The notes under the pieces: generated by a model
Told to the model about the DNA's origin: nothing
Seen by the model: only the letters and a program-made list of their open reading frames with translations
The model's database searches: none
In this document: positions 58,007-64,000 of the stretch, in pieces
How the letters are laid out: every line of letters starts with the position of its first letter
Position numbering within the stretch: the first letter of the stretch is position 1
Made by a program: the position numbers and the translations under genes
IMG/VR virus record: IMGVR_UViG_3300042319_002138
Span: 1 to 64,000 of that record
Direction: 5' to 3' (one strand)
Length of the DNA stretch: 64,000 nt

Positions 58007-58053
58007 AATCTATATTTTATACCAATATAAACTATTAGAAAAGTTTAGTAAAT

Positions 58054-58079
58054 AAAAAACCCGACTTAATGTCGGGTTT
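58054..58079 (-). terminator. Intrinsic terminator
   Basis: aaacccgac-ttaat-gtcgggttt with A-run on the left. Confidence 0.8.
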
Positions 58080-58083
58080 AGTA

Positions 58084-58137
58084 TTACTTTTTTGGTGTTC
58101 CTTTGTTACCTTTGCAACTACATCCTTTTGTTCTCAT
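58084..58137 (-). CDS. 17-aa basic CxC micropeptide (MRTKGCSCKGNKGTPKK)
   Basis: A-rich leader, ATG, TAA, then terminator; last position of an operon. Confidence 0.45.
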   Translation of the reverse strand: MRTKGCSCKGNKGTPKK

Positions 58138-58160
58138 GTTTTCTTTTTTTTAGTTGTTTG

Positions 58161-58742
58161 TTATTGTACCCTTTTAACTTTACTATTTAAAGTTTTTAAG
58201 ATTTTTACGTTTTCTTGAATCATTTTTTTATCAAAATATTTTTCAACAATACTAGGTAATGCTTTTGATATTTCCTCAGCAATCATTTGTCTAATTACAT
58301 TTTCATTTAGTGTACTAGAATTTTTTGCTACAGGTTTTTTTTGTTCTACTATATGTCTTTTTTGTTCCATATAATCAAACTCGTCTTCTTCAGAATAGTA
58401 TTCTTCTTTTACACTACCGTATTTTGGGTTTATTTCTTTGATGTCCTCATCATCCAAAGAAAATGTCCCAACAGCATCTGGTTGTGGAATTGGGTTTTCT
58501 AACATCGCCCTCTGAATTTCAGGTGGTAATTTAGATTCTTTAACTCTTTGTTTATACATATCACTTCCTATTGCTACTTTAGGTACAGAATTTCTAACAG
58601 GTTCACTAATTTCTTCACTTAAAGAAGCTTGTCTACTTGTAACATTAGATTCTAAAATTGCCATGTCAGTTTTATCAAACTGTCTAGCTCTTTCATCGAT
58701 AACTTTCGCTTTTTGTAGTATTGCTTTTAATCTTGGGTCCAT
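58161..58742 (-). CDS. Hypothetical protein
   Basis: 193 aa. Confidence 0.65.
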   Translation of the reverse strand: MDPRLKAILQKAKVIDERARQFDKTDMAILESNVTSRQASLSEEISEPVRNSVPKVAIGSDMYKQRVKESKLPPEIQRAMLENPIPQPDAVGTFSLDDEDIKEINPKYGSVKEEYYSEEDEFDYMEQKRHIVEQKKPVAKNSSTLNENVIRQMIAEEISKALPSIVEKYFDKKMIQENVKILKTLNSKVKRVQ

Positions 58743-59128
58743 TATTCAAATGTTGCTTGTTTATAAATTTTTATCATACTCCTATCTCCGTTAGGATTAT
58801 ATTTTGGTACGCCTGATTTTCTATCAGAAATAGGTTCATAAAACGTTTGACCCGTTTTAATCCAATTGCTAATTCTATCTACCCTAAAAGTTTTCCAACC
58901 TTCAGGTTCGGTATCAGTAACCCCTTGAGTTTGATAGACTCTAATTATTGGGTTATTGGCTAAAGATTCTCCATAAACATAAGGTTCAATCCATCTCCAA
59001 CCTCTTACTTCTGTTTCATCACCCTCATAATAAATTCTAGCAACCTTATGTTTTTCAATAGAATCTTCTATTTCATTTGGTCGTACTTCTTCTAATATAA
59101 TATTGCTTAATAGAGAGTAAAGTTTCAT
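58742..59128 (-). CDS. WYL-domain protein
   Basis: IYY.G......R.IEPY.YG....IRVYQ....WKTFRVDRI; start at 59128. Confidence 0.7.
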   Translation of the reverse strand: MKLYSLLSNIILEEVRPNEIEDSIEKHKVARIYYEGDETEVRGWRWIEPYVYGESLANNPIIRVYQTQGVTDTEPEGWKTFRVDRISNWIKTGQTFYEPISDRKSGVPKYNPNGDRSMIKIYKQATFE

Positions 59129-59130
59129 TA

Positions 59131-59499
59131 TTACCAATATTGTTCCCCGTAACTATAATTATAATAATTACTACCAGCTGTTCCAGGTTTGTATTTATTA
59201 CCAGAAGTATACAACAACACATTTTTACGTTGTATATCTATCAAAGTACCAACACCTGAATTAGGTGCGGTTTCTCCTCTACCATAGTTATCACCAGTGC
59301 TTTGTGCGTTAGGGTGTTGAGCGTCGTATCTCTGTCCATTAACATTCTTATAATCGTTAATTACAGTTTGTTGTGCTCTACTAATATCACCTTGTGCTTT
59401 TAATGATGGTAATTGATTAGTAACTGCCCCACCATTAGGGTTTAGTTCTTGTACTGAGTCTGCGTCCGTTAATATAGGAGCTATTGATTGTCCAGGCAT
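59131..59499 (-). CDS. Hypothetical protein
   Basis: 122 aa, Gly/Asn/Gln-rich. Confidence 0.65.
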   Translation of the reverse strand: MPGQSIAPILTDADSVQELNPNGGAVTNQLPSLKAQGDISRAQQTVINDYKNVNGQRYDAQHPNAQSTGDNYGRGETAPNSGVGTLIDIQRKNVLLYTSGNKYKPGTAGSNYYNYSYGEQYW

Positions 59500-59978
59500 A
59501 ATTTTCTGTTTTTATCAATTGTTGTTATTAGGTTTTCCATTAACCTCATATTATAAATACCTTCTTGTCTTAAAATTTTATTTGTATCTGAGTCATGTTT
59601 TTCTGTGTCTATTCTAACATTACCACCAATTTTTTCTTTTTGGTATTGGTTTTTCATACCCACGTCACTCATAGCATCTTGTTTACCTTTAATACTTTGT
59701 CTAGCTTTATTCAAGGTATGTTCTATCCAATTCTTCATTAAGGTTCCACCATTTAATAGGTAAGATGTATGTTTATTACCCTCATTATGACCATCAAAAA
59801 AATTCTTAATTAATTTTAATTGTTCATAGGTGATAGAATCTTTATCTACCAATTCTTCCAACCTTTGATATCCCTCAACATCTTTAGCACCTTTATATGC
59901 ATTAAAAATTTTTTTTAAATGATTTTTTATTTCCTCATCAATATCAAAAGATTGTCCCTGTAGTTTGGAATTGGCCAT
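59481..59978 (-). CDS. Hypothetical protein
   Basis: 165 aa. Confidence 0.65.
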   Translation of the reverse strand: MANSKLQGQSFDIDEEIKNHLKKIFNAYKGAKDVEGYQRLEELVDKDSITYEQLKLIKNFFDGHNEGNKHTSYLLNGGTLMKNWIEHTLNKARQSIKGKQDAMSDVGMKNQYQKEKIGGNVRIDTEKHDSDTNKILRQEGIYNMRLMENLITTIDKNRKLCLDNQ

Positions 59979-60511
59979 TATCTAATTTTCTTTTTAAGTT
60001 CATTCTTATATTCAACAGGGATGTCTGTCATATCCATGTCTAAAAGATAATTTATTATAATAGCCTTTTCTTCACCAGTGGCATCATTTTTACCAATTAA
60101 ATCTCTAAGTGTTTCTACTTTTCTAATTAAAATAGGATTAGAGTCTTTAATAGTATCTAAATTTTGGATTCCGTTTAATCTTAAATCAGGTTGTTTAGTA
60201 ACAAAATCCCTATCAAAATCTTTTTTAGTAAAGATATCCTCAATAAGTTCATCCATTTTTTTTGCTGAACCCTCTTCTACTCTTTTTTTTAAAGATTTTT
60301 TATTTTTCTTTTTTGTTAAATTCGGTTTTTTATCGGACATATATCTCCATCTGCCGTAATTATTATACCTACTAAGTCCCTGCATTTGATTTTGCTTATC
60401 GTCAGTAGTTAGTTTAGAAGCTGTAACATCATCGTTACTATTAATAGGCATATCACCCTTAATTTTAGCTCCCCCTTTGGTTATAAATTCACGTAATAAT
60501 AAAATAGCCAT
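59978..60511 (-). CDS. Hypothetical protein
   Basis: 177 aa; behind ATATTTAT at 60526-60533. Confidence 0.65.
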   Translation of the reverse strand: MAILLLREFITKGGAKIKGDMPINSNDDVTASKLTTDDKQNQMQGLSRYNNYGRWRYMSDKKPNLTKKKNKKSLKKRVEEGSAKKMDELIEDIFTKKDFDRDFVTKQPDLRLNGIQNLDTIKDSNPILIRKVETLRDLIGKNDATGEEKAIIINYLLDMDMTDIPVEYKNELKKKIR

Positions 60512-60579
60512 AAATTACTTTCTATATAAATATCAGGTAATTATTATAATTCTACTTTATTTTTTCTTATTTTAAGGGT

Positions 60580-63480
60580 TTAATCAACTAAGGCTATGTT
60601 TTTAGAATCTAAATTTTCTTTTTTATCGGATAATCTATCATTAACCATATAATCGGGTGAAATACCTTTTTTCTGCCAAAACTTTAATTCATCATCACTC
60701 ATTGTCATAAGTTCTTCTAAACTATCTTGGTCTCCAGGTTCAGATGGTATGCCCGATACTAATCCCAACTCACTTCTAGTAAAAAATTGTTTATCAGCCG
60801 GGTCAGTTATCAATAAACTTTCTCTAATATGTAAATTAAAAACTACCAATAAAGGTTCTACTTTTTTATTAAAAGAATCTATATATTTTGGGACATTATA
60901 ATTTCCTTTCATATTTGGATTTTTTTCCATTTCGTCAGAAGTAATCAAATAAGAGTTAAAAACTAAAGTACCTTCAGGTGGGTCATTTTTAGTTTTTTTA
61001 ACTTGGATGTCTCCATGTGATTTTTTTGTACCGTTATTAACATAGTAAACTTGGTCCCCCAATTGAGGTTCAATTCCTTCTTTAATTAAAAGTTCCATGT
61101 GAGCTTGTCTAGGTAAATCAGCTCCATTTTTATTTGAACCTCTATTCTTATATTGTTTAAAAGTTTTTTTAACTTTTGATTTATTAGCAATATCGGCTAA
61201 AGGAATATCCATATTATAAATCTTTTCAAGGTATTCATTATAATAATCTACAAAAGATTTTCCATCACCATTTAATAACATTTTAATACCATTGTTCAAA
61301 AATGTTTTAATATATTTTTGAATCATTTTACCTTTAATAGTATTACCTGTTAATTTAATTTTACCATTTGGTTTAAGAGTGGCATAATTTTTACGTGATA
61401 AATTAATTGTTGCCGGCCATACCTCATCAATATCAAGACCCATAGCTTCATACATATAACGGTCATTATATTCCATTACATCAGCATCAATACCTTTATA
61501 TTCTTTCCCCTCCTCAACAAATCTATGGAGACCTTTACCAATGTAAGTATGTGATAATACTTTATCATCATAAGAAAAGTTTACACCATCAGTATCTAAT
61601 ACCAAAGGGTCGTAACCTCTTTCCATAAAAAATTTAATCATGTGTCTTAGGTATTGTCTACCTGTACAAGTAATAGTTTCACCAATATCAATATCACCCC
61701 AAGGAAAAATATAAGGTGCTGAAATAGAACCAAAAGCAGAGTTATTGAAAATTTTAATCGGTAATTGTTTTTTATCAAATTTACCGGCTAATTTGTCATC
61801 ACCCTCAGCTCTATATTTGTTCATTAAATTTTTATATAAATTACGAGTATCAGACAAGTATTTTATCATTGCTTTTAAAGCACCAGATACATCTACATCA
61901 GGAAAAACATTATGTGTTAATTGGATTGATGGGTAAAGTGAAGCGTAGTCAAATTTAGCAATATTCTTACTATACCCCAAGTTTAATAATCTAGATAACC
62001 CCCCAACAAAATCTCTTTTTGGTGATACGTCTGGTAAAGCTAAATTATTTTCATAAGACCATGCCATCATTAAAGTTTTCCACATTGTTGCGGTACCCAT
62101 TGTAATTGAACGAACAAAGTTAGTCGGAACTAAAGCTGCGGTTAAGAATCCTGCTTGTGCATAAATGTCATCAACTTGTTCAGTTTCCCAAAGGTCATCA
62201 TGAAGATATTCTTTAATTAAAAATTGACCGTCAACTATATTCCAAGTGTCTTCATAGGCATCAATAATTTCACCTTCAATTTCTTTCGGGTTTGGTTTAT
62301 TTCCGTCTAATGAATACCACTGACCACTAGTCGGGTTATAATGATATTTTTTATTTTCTTTCCAAATCTTACCTAATTGAGCTCCATCAATATAAACACG
62401 GTTGGGTCTTTCGATATTAGCCTCCTTAGCAATATATTTCAAACCACCTTCTTGTAAATTTGAATTTAAAGCCATCGCCTGTCTAACTCTGTGGTAAGTG
62501 TCCATCACATTATAACCCCATAGTTGGGTTTGTTCATATTCCTCAGTTTCAGCACCCAATTTTAAACTAGCTTTTTTTCTAGATGCTTTAATCATTGGAT
62601 GTTTTGTTTTAATAATGTCGTCAGTATTTAAACCTAAAAGTTGAGCACGTCCAGGAATTAATGTTTTCTTAACTTCAATCTTTCTTGTTTTTGGGTGTGT
62701 GTATTTTTGTTCTTCTGTTCTGCCTATAAGGTAAGTCCAGTCAAAGTTTTCTGAGTTGTAACCAATAATAACTGTTGGTTCTAGTTCATGTATAATTTCA
62801 AAAAATTCTTTTAACATTTTTTTTTCACCCTCTTTAGTATACTCACCGTCATTGTCGTAAGCAGTTAAAAGTTTTTGGAACCCACGATTATCTTTAATCC
62901 CAATCATAAAAGCATGCCCTTCTGCTGGGTCAAGACTTGTGGTCTCAATATCGAATGTTAATTTGTGAACTTCTGTGTAATCCTCATAACCTTTAAATAA
63001 TCTTTTACCTGTTTGAATCATGAATTGTTCTACAGGGGGTAAAATTTGTATTAATCTTTTATCTCTATCCCAAGGATTGATTCCACCTTTTTTAAAGAAA
63101 TTAATTAGGTCACGGTAAGTACCTGTTGTTTTAACCAAAAAACTAAAACCATCTTCAAGTCTTTCGTTATCATCAGTATTTAATTTTTGTGTACTTATAC
63201 CATATTTTTTGGCCTCACGTCTAATGACATCTAGGTCATCACCGTAAAAACCACTTCCTCTTAATGATTTGGTCCAACAAAAAGGTGTAAATTTTTGGAC
63301 TTTAATTTTTTTACCCTTATTAGGGTCATCGATAATTAAATAAACTTTGTTGGTTTCGTCAATTGACCAATCGTCTGTTTGGTCTAATTCAATTGAGACA
63401 ATATATTTTTCAGGGTCATGTCCTTCTAAAAATAATTTAATGTCTTCAGGGGTTGCCTGTTTGATTTTTTCTTTTTTCAT
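60580..63480 (-). CDS. polB: DNA polymerase family B
   Basis: FDIETT (ExoI), YNSENFD, DYASLYPS, KIFNNSAFG, LDTDG. Confidence 0.93.
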   Translation of the reverse strand: MKKEKIKQATPEDIKLFLEGHDPEKYIVSIELDQTDDWSIDETNKVYLIIDDPNKGKKIKVQKFTPFCWTKSLRGSGFYGDDLDVIRREAKKYGISTQKLNTDDNERLEDGFSFLVKTTGTYRDLINFFKKGGINPWDRDKRLIQILPPVEQFMIQTGKRLFKGYEDYTEVHKLTFDIETTSLDPAEGHAFMIGIKDNRGFQKLLTAYDNDGEYTKEGEKKMLKEFFEIIHELEPTVIIGYNSENFDWTYLIGRTEEQKYTHPKTRKIEVKKTLIPGRAQLLGLNTDDIIKTKHPMIKASRKKASLKLGAETEEYEQTQLWGYNVMDTYHRVRQAMALNSNLQEGGLKYIAKEANIERPNRVYIDGAQLGKIWKENKKYHYNPTSGQWYSLDGNKPNPKEIEGEIIDAYEDTWNIVDGQFLIKEYLHDDLWETEQVDDIYAQAGFLTAALVPTNFVRSITMGTATMWKTLMMAWSYENNLALPDVSPKRDFVGGLSRLLNLGYSKNIAKFDYASLYPSIQLTHNVFPDVDVSGALKAMIKYLSDTRNLYKNLMNKYRAEGDDKLAGKFDKKQLPIKIFNNSAFGSISAPYIFPWGDIDIGETITCTGRQYLRHMIKFFMERGYDPLVLDTDGVNFSYDDKVLSHTYIGKGLHRFVEEGKEYKGIDADVMEYNDRYMYEAMGLDIDEVWPATINLSRKNYATLKPNGKIKLTGNTIKGKMIQKYIKTFLNNGIKMLLNGDGKSFVDYYNEYLEKIYNMDIPLADIANKSKVKKTFKQYKNRGSNKNGADLPRQAHMELLIKEGIEPQLGDQVYYVNNGTKKSHGDIQVKKTKNDPPEGTLVFNSYLITSDEMEKNPNMKGNYNVPKYIDSFNKKVEPLLVVFNLHIRESLLITDPADKQFFTRSELGLVSGIPSEPGDQDSLEELMTMSDDELKFWQKKGISPDYMVNDRLSDKKENLDSKNIALVD

Positions 63481-63586
63481 AAACTTTTTTGATTTTTGGT
63501 ACGGGGTAAATCTTAACCTCTCGTTATTTTATTAATTATACTACATTTATAAATAAAAACAAATATATTTATGATAAAAATAAGTT

Positions 63587-64000
63587 ATGTTTTTAAATAA
63601 AATAAATGTAAATAAATTAGATAATATAAAATATTTTGTTTTTTGTAGTGGAAAAACAGGGTCTAGAACTTTATTTGGTGGTATGAAAAATAAGTTTGGT
63701 TCTAACTCTGTCATACATTTACACAGTACGGCTCATTTTAAAGGTGGTCACCCAAGACACGGTGATGTAAAAAAATTAATTACTGACAGCTCAAAAAAAT
63801 TTGATAAAATCTATATTATAGATTCTTACAGGGAACCTTTTGAAAGGGGTATTTCCTCTTTTTTTCAGAACATAGACAAACATTGTCCTAATTGGCGCTC
63901 AATGTCAGTTGACGAGATTATCATTTTTTTTAATGAAAATAAATTATACCTTTTGGATATATATCATTCTTATCACGAATCGTGGGGTTATTTTAACATC
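63587..64000 (+). CDS. Sulfotransferase-like protein (3'-truncated, not in ORF track)
   Basis: Open frame from ATG 63587 to the window end; KTGSRT (5'-PSB-like) and REPFERGISSF (3'-PB-like). Confidence 0.65.
   Translation, partial: MFLNKINVNKLDNIKYFVFCSGKTGSRTLFGGMKNKFGSNSVIHLHSTAHFKGGHPRHGDVKKLITDSSKKFDKIYIIDSYREPFERGISSFFQNIDKHCPNWRSMSVDEIIIFFNENKLYLLDIYHSYHESWGYFNI

Noticed and set aside
16756-63480. Inteins or introns in terminase, MCP or DNA polymerase
   Set aside because: ORFs are continuous, of expected size, and show no intein-terminal or LAGLIDADG motifs that I could see.
461-63535. Many short antisense or alternate-frame ORFs in the track (e.g. 12257..12649, 26539..26835, 39823..40227)
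   Set aside because: They are shadows of longer, well-supported genes, with Ser/Phe/Ile-biased composition.
1-64000. Stop-codon reassignment as in some large phages
   Set aside because: Core genes are full length in the standard code, and TAG (e.g. 48128) and TGA (e.g. 30345, 33402) end genes at plausible positions.
1-64000. tRNA/rRNA genes
   Set aside because: No intergenic gap shows a cloverleaf or T-loop signature that I could support by eye; tRNAscan-SE would confirm.

Overview
This AT-rich, gene-dense 64 kb window comes from a large T4-like tailed phage, probably a jumbo phage, using the standard genetic code. The host is probably in Bacteroidota: there is a TTTG-N20-TAnnTTTG promoter, a DUF4494 gene, A-rich starts and no obvious Shine-Dalgarno sites. 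From left to right it holds: tail-fibre/structural genes, a 2OG-Fe(II) oxygenase, a ClpC ATPase, a KTSC protein and a Pol-beta nucleotidyltransferase. Next is a head module (terminase, portal, prohead protease, scaffold, major capsid protein) interleaved with a holin and a type II glutamine synthetase. Then come an HNH endonuclease, a 3-gene insertion flanked by a 112-bp direct repeat, baseplate-like genes and a gp55-like sigma factor. A ~17 kb glycosylation island follows (gmd, fcl, GT10/GT11 fucosyltransferases, other glycosyltransferases, methyltransferases, PhoH), with dUTPase, an exonuclease and an Ntn-hydrolase inside it. The window ends with a WYL protein, a family B DNA polymerase and a truncated sulfotransferase. 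Main leads: (1) about a dozen unrelated proteins share short N-terminal leaders (KIIKEE..DFDW or KIIKLNExDL) and mostly sit behind a directional ATATTTAT motif, suggesting a late-expressed capsid-cargo tagging system; (2) a YM[SG]D motif recurs in head-associated proteins; (3) a phage ClpC may pair with a UVR-motif protein next to terminase; (4) a recombinase-free cassette replaces the 3' end of a gene; (5) a phage-encoded fucosylation pathway. All family calls are motif recognition by eye; no searches were run.
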